Assembly (NCBI GenBank): GCA_038102935.1
Contig: JAYNYG010000002.1
Span: forward strand, 62,027-126,026
Direction: 5' to 3'
DNA length: 64,000 nt
Source: Alphaproteobacteria bacterium
GTDB lineage: Bacteria > Pseudomonadota > Alphaproteobacteria > Bin95
In this document: one piece after another, positions 27,144 to 37,537 of the stretch
Position numbering within the stretch: the first letter of the stretch is position 1
Layout: each line of letters begins with the position of its first letter
The notes under the pieces: generated by a model
The model's input: only the letters and a program-made list of their open reading frames with translations
The model's database searches: none
Told to the model about the DNA's origin: nothing
Made by a program: the position numbers and the translations under genes

Positions 27144-28710
27144 CAGCCCGTGCATCCGGCGCATTCCCGCGCCAAGCGAGATGGCCGTCGGGGCGGATCA
27201 GCGCTATATCTGCGCCGTATACATCGCGCGCAGGGTCAAACGCCAAATCGACCCGGCGCACCGGTGCGCCAGCATTCTGCATTGGCGCGGTATCCAGCTC
27301 AGGATTGAAGCACAGCAGCGTGAAGCCGGACGGGTCGAACAGATCAAACAACGCTTGACCATCTGGCAGAATAAAGGACGGCGCGCGCATACCGGGCCAG
27401 GCCCCTGCCGGAATTGACGCAGGATCATCAGGCGGCGGCGTGCCTGGATCGTTTGCCAATACCGGCGCGATCAAGGGGGAGGCGTCATAGCGGTAAGCGA
27501 ATTCAACGCCCCAAGCCTCATTCTCCAAATTCCCGAGGCCAGCGATGGCGGCGGCGAGGCTGGCGCGCTCGCCCGCATCTTCCGCTGCATTCGGATGCGC
27601 TTGATATGCCGCCATGATCTCCAGCCGGACACCCGTATGCGCGCCGGACCAGCCGCGATTGATATGGCCGACAGGTCGCCGCTCGACCTCATAAGCGTCC
27701 AAAAAACCATCGCTGGCCCATCCATTCAGCCTGGCTGCCAGCATCCATCCGAGCGCCACAGCGTCGCCGATGCCTGTGTTCATGCCGTAGCCGCCGGTCG
27801 GGATATATTGATGCGCCGCATCGCCCGCCAGGAAAATACGGCCCGTTTTATACGCATCTGCCAGCAGCAGATGCGGCTCCCATGGATTGGCGACCAGGAT
27901 TTCGGCAGTGATATCTTGGCCAAGGAACGTGCGCAGTGTGTCCATCGGATTGACGGATGCGGGATCAACGGCGTCCGGGAAGCGGGCATGCAGGGTCCAG
28001 GTGTCGACGTCATTCTGCGCGATCAGCGTGCCAGCGGGAGATTGGTAATGCCAGGCGATACCGAAGCGCTGCAAAAGTGCGCGTTCCTCGCTCTTGAAAT
28101 GGATCATGTAGCGGTTGGCGACGCCGGTATCGCCTTCAAGGCTGATGCCCATGGCTTGCCGGACGGTGCTATTGCCGCCATCGCATGCAGCGAGATACGC
28201 GCCTTCAATGCGCTTGACCCGGTCAGTCTCTCGGTCGCGCACATCGATCCATACGCCGGAGGGCGATTGGCCTGCATCCTCCACCGCCATGCCCCAGCGC
28301 GCATCGATCAGAGGCTCGGCCAGAGCGGCGGCCTGCAGGATCGGCTCAACCACGATCTGGGAAACGCGCATGCCGGGTTCCAGCGGCTGCGCGCCGTCAT
28401 TCACCGCATGATAGCGCGCGCGGAGCTCTGCGGGCGGGGCATATTTGAAGCGATGCAGTTCATGCCCCGCCATGGCCGTAACCCAGGCGACATCCAGCGG
28501 ATGCGTATCCGGCACCGCCGCCGCCCGCAGCGCATCTGCCAGGCCTAGCCTGCCAAACAACTCCATACTGCGGCCGTTGGTGATATCCATCTTTGGATGG
28601 CGGGTAGTCGTGTAGGCGCGCTCAAACACCCGGCTCGGCACGCCGTGGCGCGCAAGCTCTAGCGCCAGCGTCATCCCGACGGGGCCAGCGCCTGCGATCA
28701 AGACCGTCAT
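27109..28710 (-). CDS. FAD-dependent aromatic monooxygenase
   Basis: GAGPVG, ACDGGNS.VR, LAGDAAH...PTGGYGMNTGIGDA, C-terminal LIRPDGHLAWRG. Confidence 0.92.
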   Translation of the reverse strand: MTVLIAGAGPVGMTLALELARHGVPSRVFERAYTTTRHPKMDITNGRSMELFGRLGLADALRAAAVPDTHPLDVAWVTAMAGHELHRFKYAPPAELRARYHAVNDGAQPLEPGMRVSQIVVEPILQAAALAEPLIDARWGMAVEDAGQSPSGVWIDVRDRETDRVKRIEGAYLAACDGGNSTVRQAMGISLEGDTGVANRYMIHFKSEERALLQRFGIAWHYQSPAGTLIAQNDVDTWTLHARFPDAVDPASVNPMDTLRTFLGQDITAEILVANPWEPHLLLADAYKTGRIFLAGDAAHQYIPTGGYGMNTGIGDAVALGWMLAARLNGWASDGFLDAYEVERRPVGHINRGWSGAHTGVRLEIMAAYQAHPNAAEDAGERASLAAAIAGLGNLENEAWGVEFAYRYDASPLIAPVLANDPGTPPPDDPASIPAGAWPGMRAPSFILPDGQALFDLFDPSGFTLLCFNPELDTAPMQNAGAPVRRVDLAFDPARDVYGADIALIRPDGHLAWRGNAPDARAVSQALGAVGEA

Positions 28711-28716
28711 TCGGCG

Positions 28717-29247
28717 CTAGCCCGCCTGCAATTCCTTACGGCGGCGGGCAGCGTAGTCCGCTTTCTTCATGAAACCGGGCTCATCCTTGAACCGTTCCAA
28801 GGTCCAGGCTTCGAGGGCGGCGTCGTCCATTTTGGTGTCCCAGATTGCGCCCTGCGGCTGCTGCACCTGCCACGGCGTATCGCAGAAGATTTCGACGCCG
28901 TTCTTCTCTGGGTCTTGAAAATAGATCGACCAGGTATTGCCGTGAGATGTCGGGCGATAAGTGATGTCTTCGCCTTCGACGCCTGCGATAAGGCCGCGCA
29001 ACTCGTCCATAGTTTCGGTGCGGAATGCGATATGGGCATGGCTGTTAGACGGTTCGTCATCGGTGCGGGCCGGCATCATGCCAATCTGGTGATGCTCATC
29101 CGGGCTTTGGCTAAGGAAGATGATTTCTTGGCCTGACGGGATCGTCCCCTGGTCTGTCACCTGAAAACCGAGGACGCGGGTATAGAAATCCAGCATCTTT
29201 TCCCGGTCGCGAACAAATAGAACCGTGTGGGACCAACTGAGCGCCAT
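28717..29247 (-). CDS. VOC/glyoxalase family protein
   Basis: SHTVLFVRD...FY..VLGF, EHHQI, HIAFR, HGNTWSIYFQDPE.NGVE. Confidence 0.88.
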   Translation of the reverse strand: MALSWSHTVLFVRDREKMLDFYTRVLGFQVTDQGTIPSGQEIIFLSQSPDEHHQIGMMPARTDDEPSNSHAHIAFRTETMDELRGLIAGVEGEDITYRPTSHGNTWSIYFQDPEKNGVEIFCDTPWQVQQPQGAIWDTKMDDAALEAWTLERFKDEPGFMKKADYAARRRKELQAG

Positions 29248-29307
29248 GGCGATTTCTCCTAAGCGATAAACTTAGCCGCAAGTCTAACGCCTGGAAGGCT
29301 CTGCCGT

Positions 29308-30342
29308 CTATTTGGCTTGCGCGAGCGGGGCGAATGCGTCCCGGCGGCGTTCTTCCAAAGCGAAACACGCGGCCTCGCCAATGCCCGTCGGCTGCAATAT
29401 TGGCGACTCGCTCTTGCACCGGTCGTTCGCCAGCGGGCAGCGGGGATGGAAGCGGCAGCCGGACGGCGGATCAATCGGGTTCGGGATTTCGCCGACAACT
29501 TGGGTGCGCGTCCGGCCCGTCATGTCCAGATCAGGCACGGCGTCGAGCAGCATGGACGTATAGGGATGCTGCGGGTTCTGGAACAGCGCCTTGCCTTCAG
29601 ACACCTCAACCAAGCGGCCAAGATACAGAACCCCAATCCGCGTCGCCATATGGCGAACGACGGATAGATCGTGGCTGATGAATAGATAAGTCAGGCCGAA
29701 CTCATCCTGCAGGTCGCGCATCAGGTTCAGGATCTGCGCCTGCACAGACACATCCAGCGCCGAGGTCGGCTCGTCGCAAACAATGAATTCCGGCTTGGCG
29801 GAGAGCGCGCGCGCGATGGCGACGCGTTGGCGCTGGCCACCCGAAAACTCATGCGGAAACTTAGCGGCGTCACTGGCGGCAAGGCCAACGGTTTCCAAGA
29901 GCTCATCAACGCGCTTAGCGGCGGAGGCTTTGTCGGACGCCAGATCGAACGCCCGGATCGGCTCCGCGATAATATCGCCAACGCGCCAGCGCGGGTTCAA
30001 GCTGGCGAACGGATCCTGGAAAATCATCTGGAAGCGGCTGCGCATCTGCCGAGCGTTCGCCGCTGTCGCTTTCCGCATATCATCGCCGTCGAACAACACC
30101 CGCCCGCCGCTTGGCGCCAGCAGGTTCACGATCAGCTTAGCGATGGTCGATTTGCCAGACCCCGATTCGCCGACGAGCGCGAAAGTTTCACCTTTGCGTA
30201 TTTCGAAGGATACATCGTCAACCGCCGTCAGGGTTCTCTTCGGCTCCCGCTCAATCATGCGGTTGAGCCAGGGTTTCGAGAGATCGAATACCCGGCTAAG
30301 CCCTTCGACCTGAATGAGCGGCTTTCCAGCTTGATCGCTCAT
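29308..30342 (-). CDS. Oligopeptide/dipeptide ABC transporter ATPase (DppF-like)
   Basis: [29 protein letters not shown]-terminal Cys cluster; start at MSDQAGK. Confidence 0.93.
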   Translation of the reverse strand: MSDQAGKPLIQVEGLSRVFDLSKPWLNRMIEREPKRTLTAVDDVSFEIRKGETFALVGESGSGKSTIAKLIVNLLAPSGGRVLFDGDDMRKATAANARQMRSRFQMIFQDPFASLNPRWRVGDIIAEPIRAFDLASDKASAAKRVDELLETVGLAASDAAKFPHEFSGGQRQRVAIARALSAKPEFIVCDEPTSALDVSVQAQILNLMRDLQDEFGLTYLFISHDLSVVRHMATRIGVLYLGRLVEVSEGKALFQNPQHPYTSMLLDAVPDLDMTGRTRTQVVGEIPNPIDPPSGCRFHPRCPLANDRCKSESPILQPTGIGEAACFALEERRRDAFAPLAQAK

Positions 30343-31319
30343 GATGCGGACCCTTCGTCTGGCAGCCAACACGCGACAGCGCGGTCGCCTGACTTAATCG
30401 GCGAGGGACGTTCTTTGCGGCAGCGGTCAAACGCGTATTCGCAGCGCGGGTTAAAGGCGCAGCCCGTTGGAATATCCGTCAGCCGCGGCATGGAGCCCTG
30501 AATTTGCACAAGTCGGTCACCGGTGTGAGACAGCGTCGGTATCGAACCCATCAGGCCTTGGGTATAGGGATGTTTCGCTTGCTGAATGACATCTTTGACC
30601 GGACCAATTTCCGCAACCCGCCCGGCATACATGACAGCCACTCGATCCGCCGTTTCAGCGATCACGCCCATATCATGAGTGATCAGCATGACAGCGGCCC
30701 CGCGTTCAGAACATAGCCGCTTCAGTACATCAATGATCTGCGCCTGGACGGAGACATCCAAGGCGGTCGTCGGCTCATCGGCGATCACCAATTCTGGTTC
30801 CGCCGCAAGCGCCAACGCAATCACGACGCGTTGGCGCATGCCGCCGGAGAATTGGTGCGGGTAATCATCCATCCGGCGCTTGGCGGCGGGAATGCCAACC
30901 TCATCCAAAAGCTGAAGCGCATGCTCCCGCGCCTATTTTTCGGACAAGGGCAAATGCGTGCGGATGGTTTCAGTGAGTTGTTGCGCCACCGTGTAAAGCG
31001 GGTTCAGGGAGGTAAGCGGGTCCTGGAAAACCATGCCGACCTTCTTGCCCCGGATGCGGCGAATCTGGCCGGTAGAGAGATTATCGATGCGCTCCCCGTC
31101 CAGTAAAACCTCGCCCGATGCTATGCGGCCGAGCGGTTCGATCAGGCCGATGATCGCAGCGCCGGTCATGGATTTTCCGGCGCCGGATTCGCCGACCACA
31201 CCCAACACCTCGCCGCGTGCGATATCAAACGAGACGCCGTCTACGGCAGTCAGTACGCCTTTTCGCGTTGGGAACTGGACGACAAGATCGCGGAAAGAGA
31301 GGAGCGGCGTATCCGTCAT
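30339..31319 (-). pseudogene. DppD-like ABC ATPase interrupted by an in-frame TAG (30933-30935)
   Basis: The N-half (GESGAGKS, Q-loop) and C-half ([16 protein letters not shown]) share one frame: ...[23 protein letters not shown]...; could be a sequencing error. Confidence 0.8.
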
Positions 31320-32257
31320 CGGAGCCTCGGGTTCAGAACATCGCGCAGCCAATCGCCGAGCAGGTTGATCGCGAGCGCCAGCACAGCCAGCGCAATGCCA
31401 GGGAAGATTGTGATCCACCATTCGCCGGAAAACAGGAAGTCATTGCCAATGCGGATCAGTGTGCCAAGCGATGGCTGCGTCGAAGGAATGCCGACGCCAA
31501 GGAACGACAACGTCGCTTCAGTGATGATCGCGAGCGCCAGGTTAATTGTGGCGATCACCAATACCGGCCCCGTCACATTTGGCAGCACATGGCGCAGCAT
31601 GATTTTGATGGGATGCAGGCCGATCAGCCTGGCCGCCTGCACATATTCCTTGTTCTTCTCCACCAGCGTGGAGGAGCGGACGGTGCGCGCATATTGCACC
31701 CAGAACGATAGCCCGATGGCGACGACAAGCACATAGAACGCCGAGTCTTCGCGGTTAAACGCGCCACCGAATATTCCTCGGACCGAGCCGTCAATCAGAA
31801 GCGCGATCAGGATGGAGGGGAATGTGAGCTGCACATCCGCGATGCGCATGATGATCGCATCGGTCCGTCCGCCCATATATCCAGCCAGCAGCCCAAGCGA
31901 GATGCCAAGCACCGCCGCGAAAGCCACGGACGCAAACCCAACCGCCAAGGAAATCCGAGCGCCATAGATGATGGCCGAAAGCAAATCCCGGCCTTGATCA
32001 TCGGTGCCGAGCAGGAACCTTGGGTCGCTTTCCTCCAGCCATACCGGCTGCATCAGCGAGTCCATCAGCGATAATGTTGCAAGGTCAAACGGGTTGTGGG
32101 GCGAGACCAGGGGCGCAAACAACGCAGCCAGAAAGAACACAGCCGTCACGAACGCCGCCAGCATGACGATCTTGTTGCGCACGAAGGAATGCCAGATATC
32201 CGTATCGCGCATCCGGGCGATCAGGCTGCGGCGCTCCGCGGTTTGGACGATGCTCAT
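31316..32257 (-). CDS. Peptide ABC permease (DppC-like)
   Basis: LLGTDDQGRD, YGARISL, EYVQAAR..G, RHVLPN, EATLSFLGVG. Confidence 0.93.
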   Translation of the reverse strand: MSIVQTAERRSLIARMRDTDIWHSFVRNKIVMLAAFVTAVFFLAALFAPLVSPHNPFDLATLSLMDSLMQPVWLEESDPRFLLGTDDQGRDLLSAIIYGARISLAVGFASVAFAAVLGISLGLLAGYMGGRTDAIIMRIADVQLTFPSILIALLIDGSVRGIFGGAFNREDSAFYVLVVAIGLSFWVQYARTVRSSTLVEKNKEYVQAARLIGLHPIKIMLRHVLPNVTGPVLVIATINLALAIITEATLSFLGVGIPSTQPSLGTLIRIGNDFLFSGEWWITIFPGIALAVLALAINLLGDWLRDVLNPRLR

Positions 32258-33231
32258 TCCTCGCCGCCTCCAATCCGGATGCGCGGATCAACAACGACAT
32301 AGAGCAAATCAACCGCCATATTGATGATGACGAACAGGAATGCGATTAGCAGCAGATAGGCGGCCATAATCGGAATATCGACATTCTGCACCGCCTGCAG
32401 GAACAGCAGGCCCATGCCCGGCCACTGAAACACAGTTTCGGTGATGATGGCGAAAGCGATGATCGAGCCAATTTGCAATCCAGCAATCGTGATAACCGGC
32501 ACCATGGTGTTTTTCAGCGCATGGCCAAAATTGATAGCCCGGTTCCGCAAGCCCCGCGCGCGGCCAAATTTGATGTAGTCGGTGCGCAGGACTTCAAGCA
32601 TCTCCGCCCGGACGAGGCGCATGATCAGCGTCATCTGGAAGAGCGCCAGGGTGATCGCCGGCATGATCAGCGCTTTCAGCCCAGAGCCGGTGAGCAATCC
32701 TGTGCTCCACCACCCCATATCCACCACTTCGCCCCGCCCGAAGCTTGGTAGAATTTGCAGCAACACGGCGAACACAAAGATGAAAATGATGCCGATCAGG
32801 AAGGTCGGCAGCGATACGCCGACGAGGGAGATTGTTAGGAAGAGCTTGGACAACAAACTCTCCCGCCGGAGCGCCGTATACACGCCCATAGGAATGCCCA
32901 GGATGAGCGAAAGAATGGCGGAAACCAGCGCGAGTTCCAGCGTCGCCGGCATACGCTCGCCCAGGATCGTCGCGACCGGACGCTTGAACTGGTAGGAGAT
33001 GCCGAAATCGCCCTGGATCGCATTACCGACAAAGCGCAGAAATTGGATCGGCGTTGGATCATTCAGGCCAAGCTGTTCACGGAGCGCGTTCCGTTCCTCA
33101 ATCGTCGTTTCCAGGCCGACCATCTGGTCCACCGGATCGCCAACAAAGGTGAACATCACAAATGCGATCAGGCTGACCGCCAGCATCACGCCTAGGGATT
33201 GGACTAATCGGCGGATGGTGAATGCGAGCAA
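32254..33231 (-). CDS. Peptide ABC permease (DppB-like)
   Basis: GDPV, LGLNDP, GDFGISY, PATLEL, RAEMLEVL.TDYIKF.RARGL, ETVFQWPGMG. Confidence 0.93.
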   Translation of the reverse strand: MLAFTIRRLVQSLGVMLAVSLIAFVMFTFVGDPVDQMVGLETTIEERNALREQLGLNDPTPIQFLRFVGNAIQGDFGISYQFKRPVATILGERMPATLELALVSAILSLILGIPMGVYTALRRESLLSKLFLTISLVGVSLPTFLIGIIFIFVFAVLLQILPSFGRGEVVDMGWWSTGLLTGSGLKALIMPAITLALFQMTLIMRLVRAEMLEVLRTDYIKFGRARGLRNRAINFGHALKNTMVPVITIAGLQIGSIIAFAIITETVFQWPGMGLLFLQAVQNVDIPIMAAYLLLIAFLFVIINMAVDLLYVVVDPRIRIGGGEE

Positions 33232-33248
33232 TTCCGCGGACCCTTATG

Positions 33249-34118
33249 TCAGCGGGCGAGCAGCAACGGGCGCTCGGCCCGGCTGACGGCATAGCGCGTG
33301 ACCCCGCCAAGGATCATCTGGCGAATACGGCTTTGGGTATAAGCGCCCATGACGATCAGGTCAGCGTCAAAATCATCCGCTGCTTTCATGAGGCCAGCGC
33401 CAATATCCCGTGGGCCAGACGCTTCAATAATTTCACTTTCAGATGCGATGCCACGCCAAGCCAGCCGCTCCGTCACACGCTCTAAGCTATTCGGACCATC
33501 GAGCCAGCCGGACATTGAGACCGCCTTCACAGCATCCGCCTTCTCCAGGAACGGCATCGCTGCGCCGATTGCGCCTGCGGCTTCCGCCCCGCCGTTCCAG
33601 CCGATCAGGATCCGCGAACCGACAGTATCGCTTTCACCCCATCCAGGCGGCGCCAGCAATACGGGCAATCCACCCTCGAACACGAGCGCTTCGAATAGCG
33701 CCGTCGTCGCGGCTTCGGCCTGCGCACGCGGGCGGGGCGCGATGGCGAGATCGGCGGCGCGGGCCCAGGCTGCTGCGCGGGCATCCTCGCGGCCTGAATC
33801 TTCCCGCCAAGCGACGCTGAAACCCGGCTGCGGCGTATGCGCAACCGGCGCCATTTTGGATTCGGTTAGGCCATCGAACAGGCCGCGCACACTATGCTCA
33901 CGCTCGCCGCTATCGGTCGCGGCGGCGGCGACGACTTCGTCGATCAACGCGCCTGAGAGGCCTTCACCGACATAAGGAATAACCTGACGGGGATCAGCGC
34001 TGACATGCAGCACATCGACATGCGCGCTGAACGCCCTGCCGACGGCGAAGGCCAGTTCAAGCGCAGGCCCGCCGTTTTCGACATCCCCGACCGGCGCCAA
34101 AATTGTACCAAAGCTCAT
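33249..34118 (-). CDS. Universal stress protein
   Basis: ILIGWNGG.EA..AI..AMPFL, ADLIVMGAY..SRIR..ILGGVTR, PLLLA. Confidence 0.9.
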   Translation of the reverse strand: MSFGTILAPVGDVENGGPALELAFAVGRAFSAHVDVLHVSADPRQVIPYVGEGLSGALIDEVVAAAATDSGEREHSVRGLFDGLTESKMAPVAHTPQPGFSVAWREDSGREDARAAAWARAADLAIAPRPRAQAEAATTALFEALVFEGGLPVLLAPPGWGESDTVGSRILIGWNGGAEAAGAIGAAMPFLEKADAVKAVSMSGWLDGPNSLERVTERLAWRGIASESEIIEASGPRDIGAGLMKAADDFDADLIVMGAYTQSRIRQMILGGVTRYAVSRAERPLLLAR

Positions 34119-34250
34119 ATCCGCGCCCCCTTAGACATTGGCGGCGATACACGAAAGACGCTGACCGATCTTAAGTCTGCCGGAACAATACCATATTCCC
34201 AAAGCAGCGCTACCGGCCAAGGCGCCTGGTTAACTCTGTCTGGGGAGAAC

Positions 34251-34841
34251 TTATGGATAGAGCCGAGTTGTCCGCCATTCAGCGCCATCCGGTTGGTAGA
34301 TAATCCGGTCATGCAAGCGGAATGCGCCGTCGCGCCAGAACTCCATCCGGTCTGGCAACACGCAGAAACCAGACCAGTTTTCTGGGCGTGGCGGTTCCTG
34401 GCCGTCAAATTTCGCTTCCATTTCTGAAACGCGCGCTTCAAGCGCCGCCCGGCTTTCGAGCGGGCGGGATTGGTCAGACGCCCAGGCGCCGATCCGGCTC
34501 ATTCGCGCACGGGAATTGAAATATGCGTCCGCCTCCTCAGACGTGACAGGCTCAACCCGGCCTTCGATCCGTATTTGACGGCGCAGCGTCTTCCAATGGA
34601 ACAAGAGAGCTACGGCGCTGTTGCCTTTAATCTCCTGCCCCTTGCGGCTGTCCAAGTTGGTATAGAACACAAACCCGCGCGCATCATGGCCCTTTAGCAG
34701 CAGTATTCGGGCAGCGGGGCGACCATCGGCGCTGACGGTTGTGACCGTCATGGCGTTGGCGTCATTCGGTTCAGACGCCTCAGCGGCGTTCATCCACTCG
34801 TCAAACAGGCGGTGGGGATCGTCAACGACCATATCGTCCAT
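34251..34841 (-). CDS. pdxH: Pyridoxamine 5'-phosphate oxidase
   Basis: DP..LF..W, NAMT, ARILLLKG, FVFYTN..SRKG, RQIRIEG, YFNSR, GAWAS.QS, EFW....FRLHDR, RLYP. Confidence 0.96.
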   Translation of the reverse strand: MDDMVVDDPHRLFDEWMNAAEASEPNDANAMTVTTVSADGRPAARILLLKGHDARGFVFYTNLDSRKGQEIKGNSAVALLFHWKTLRRQIRIEGRVEPVTSEEADAYFNSRARMSRIGAWASDQSRPLESRAALEARVSEMEAKFDGQEPPRPENWSGFCVLPDRMEFWRDGAFRLHDRIIYQPDGAEWRTTRLYP

Positions 34842-35029
34842 GGCGGTATCCTTCCTGGACCGGGCTCCCGGTCGACGTGATTCAGCCGCCATGATCTCGC
34901 CACGTTACATGGATTTGGTGGCAATCTGGCCCTGGCGCGCCACATATACAGCGCGCTATATGATGTAGACAAGATGAGGCGGTCCGGCGTTTGGGCAAAG
35001 CGTCGCGGGACTGCTGAAGGAGAATTTCG

Positions 35030-35521
35030 ATGATGCGCAATTTGGCAATGGCCGCAGCTGCAAGCGTCGCTTTAACGGCATGCGCCAACGGCAACGAGCC
35101 TTCGAACAAGCAAATCGGCACTGTTGCGGGCGCCGCGATCGGCGTGCTTGTCGGCTCACAGATCGGTTCTGGCGTAACCCGAGCGGCGGCGATTGTTGGC
35201 CTGGCTGTGCTCGGCGGATGGCTGGGCGGCGAGCTCGGCGAAGGCTTGTCGAAGGATGATAAACAGCAGGCAGGCACGGCGACGCAAGAAGCGCTCGCCA
35301 ACAACCAAGCGGGCGAAACCGCCACATGGTCAAACGCCTCTACTGGCGCATCCGGGCAAGTGACGCCTGGCCCAGTCTACAAGCCCAAAAGCGGCGCGCA
35401 GGCTGGCAAGCAATGTCGGCAGATTGACGTGGTCGCCAAACCGGCGAACGGGAATGTTAATCGTGGCAAGCGCACGGCCTGCCGTAACGCCAATGGCGAA
35501 TGGGAGGTCTTGAGCGCTTGA
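35030..35521 (+). CDS. 17-kDa-antigen-like (RT0821/Lpp0805) glycine-zipper lipoprotein
   Basis: Lipobox LTAC, glycine zipper, W.N..TG.SG.VTP, CR...ACRNANGEW. Confidence 0.85.
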   Translation: MMRNLAMAAAASVALTACANGNEPSNKQIGTVAGAAIGVLVGSQIGSGVTRAAAIVGLAVLGGWLGGELGEGLSKDDKQQAGTATQEALANNQAGETATWSNASTGASGQVTPGPVYKPKSGAQAGKQCRQIDVVAKPANGNVNRGKRTACRNANGEWEVLSA

Positions 35522-35566
35522 TCCTCGCCATCCGACCCACGCGCCTAAACGCTGCAGGGCCTGCCC

Positions 35567-36508
35567 ATGCGTGACCCCTATGCCGTTCTTGGCGTCACCA
35601 AGGCTGCCAGCGCGGATGATCTGAAATCGGCATTCCGCAAACTTGCAAAAAAGTATCATCCTGATATCAACCCGGGCGATGCTGAGGTTGAGCGCCGCTT
35701 CAAAGAAGCAAATTCGGCCTATGATCTGCTGAGCGACAAAACCAAGCGCGCCCGCTTCGACCGGGGCGAAATCGACGCTGATGGCAAAGAAAAAGCCCGC
35801 CCCTTCCCTGGCGGCTTCTCCAGTAACCCAGGCGGCGCTAGACGGAGCGGCGGCGGCGGATTTGAAAGCGAATATGCGCGCGCTGGCGGCGGTCGCGGGT
35901 TCAACGCCGATGATCTCTTCAGCGATCTATTCGAAACCTTCGGCGGCCGTCGCGGCAAGACGGCCCAAAAAGGCGGCGACATCCGGATCACGCTAACGCT
36001 GAGCTTCATGGAAGCGGCGCGGGGATGCTCCAAACGGGTCCGGTTGCCGACCAACCGCGAGGTTGATGTGCGTGTCCCTGCAGGATCAGAAACTGGCCAG
36101 GCGCTCCGCCTCGCCAACTTGGGCAAAGCGGGCGCGGATGGCGGATCGCCCGGTGACGCCATTGTCGAGCTTAAGGTCGCGCCGCACCCGCATTTCCGGC
36201 GTGAAGGTCGGGATATCTGGCTCGACCTCCCGATATCGCTGAAGGAAGCGGTGCTTGGCGCCCGTGTCCCGACGCCGACGATTGACGGCAACGTGAATCT
36301 CACCGTCCCGAAGGGCGCCGATTCAGGCACGGTATTGCGGCTCAAAGGCAAAGGCGTTGCGCGCAAAGGCGATGCAGCTGACAGGGGCGACCAGTTCGTC
36401 AAACTGATCGTGAAACTGCCCGCGAAATCAGACAGCGCCTTCATTGACGCCATAAAACGCCTGCCCGACGATGCAGAAGACCCCCGCCGGAAAGCCGGCC
36501 TGACCTAG
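35567..36508 (+). CDS. DnaJ-class chaperone without zinc finger (CbpA-like)
   Basis: J-domain with HPD, G/F-rich linker, C-terminal DnaJ_C domain. Confidence 0.93.
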   Translation: MRDPYAVLGVTKAASADDLKSAFRKLAKKYHPDINPGDAEVERRFKEANSAYDLLSDKTKRARFDRGEIDADGKEKARPFPGGFSSNPGGARRSGGGGFESEYARAGGGRGFNADDLFSDLFETFGGRRGKTAQKGGDIRITLTLSFMEAARGCSKRVRLPTNREVDVRVPAGSETGQALRLANLGKAGADGGSPGDAIVELKVAPHPHFRREGRDIWLDLPISLKEAVLGARVPTPTIDGNVNLTVPKGADSGTVLRLKGKGVARKGDAADRGDQFVKLIVKLPAKSDSAFIDAIKRLPDDAEDPRRKAGLT

Positions 36509-36524
36509 CGCGGAACCTCCAAAC

Positions 36525-37526
36525 ATGGCGCCTCAAGCCCCGCCGCCGCTCACAATCGGCGATATCGCTCCGCGTTTCACGTTGCCCCGCAAAGGCGGCG
36601 GTGAGCCTTTTGACAGCCAAGCGGATACCGTTGCCGGCAAGCCAATGATCCTCGCCATCGCACCGGATGCCGCGGCTGAGCCTGCCGCCAGCTTGCTCGC
36701 CCACGCCAGTGAGATCGAAGCAGCCGGCGCCCACGCCATCGCCATGACGCGGCGGGGCGGCGATCCATCCGCACTTGTGGATGAGGCGGGCCAAGCTTCC
36801 GCATTTTTCGCTGGCGGCAAAGGTCCTGGCGCCGTCGTTATCGGGCGGAATGGCCATGTGTTGGCGCTCTTCCGCGATGCGCCTGCGACACAGATCGAAC
36901 GGGCGGTGAGCCTCATTCGGGCGCTTGAAGCCGAAATGCAGCCGAAACCAGCCGAGCGCCAAGCCCCCGTGCTGATCGTGCCAAACGTTTTTACGCCGGA
37001 AGACTGCAAACGCCTGATCACCGTCTACAATATGGATGGGAATGTGTTTGTTGAGCCCGGCCACGGTGTGCAGAATCAGAAGACAGATTATAAAATGCGC
37101 ATCCCGGAATATGGCCGTAAGGACCGGATTGACCATTGGGTCGTCAACCCGAAAACCCAAGCGCTGATTAATGATCGGCTGCAGCGGCGGCTATTTCCGG
37201 AAATCCAGAAGGCGTTCCACTATCGCGTCACCCGCCATGAACGCTACCGGATCGGCAGCTATGAGGGCGAGCGTGGCGGCGAATTGCACGGCCACCGGGA
37301 TAATGTGCAGCCCAATGTGGCGCACCGGCGCTTCGCTTGCTCGATCAACCTGAATGCGGAAGACTTCTCGGGCGGTGAGCTGGCGTTCCCGGAATTCGGC
37401 GCGCATCGCTTCAGCCCAGCGACGGGGGAGGCGGTCGTGTTTTCATCTTCGCTATTGCATGAACCGCTGCATGTCACCGAGGGCCGACGCCTTGTGCTGT
37501 TGGCGTTTCTTTTTGGCGAGACCTAA
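36525..37526 (+). CDS. Redoxin-like domain fused to a 2OG-Fe(II) oxygenase
   Basis: N-terminal GD.AP.FTLP AhpC/TSA-like start with no Cys; C-terminal HRD, FSGGEL.FPEFG, LLHE, GRR. Confidence 0.82.
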   Translation: MAPQAPPPLTIGDIAPRFTLPRKGGGEPFDSQADTVAGKPMILAIAPDAAAEPAASLLAHASEIEAAGAHAIAMTRRGGDPSALVDEAGQASAFFAGGKGPGAVVIGRNGHVLALFRDAPATQIERAVSLIRALEAEMQPKPAERQAPVLIVPNVFTPEDCKRLITVYNMDGNVFVEPGHGVQNQKTDYKMRIPEYGRKDRIDHWVVNPKTQALINDRLQRRLFPEIQKAFHYRVTRHERYRIGSYEGERGGELHGHRDNVQPNVAHRRFACSINLNAEDFSGGELAFPEFGAHRFSPATGEAVVFSSSLLHEPLHVTEGRRLVLLAFLFGET

Positions 37527-37537
37527 TTCGGATTTTT

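Noticed and set aside
30933-30935. Pyrrolysine or recoded amber codon
   Set aside because: TAG is used as a normal stop for many genes in this window, and no pyl genes are seen
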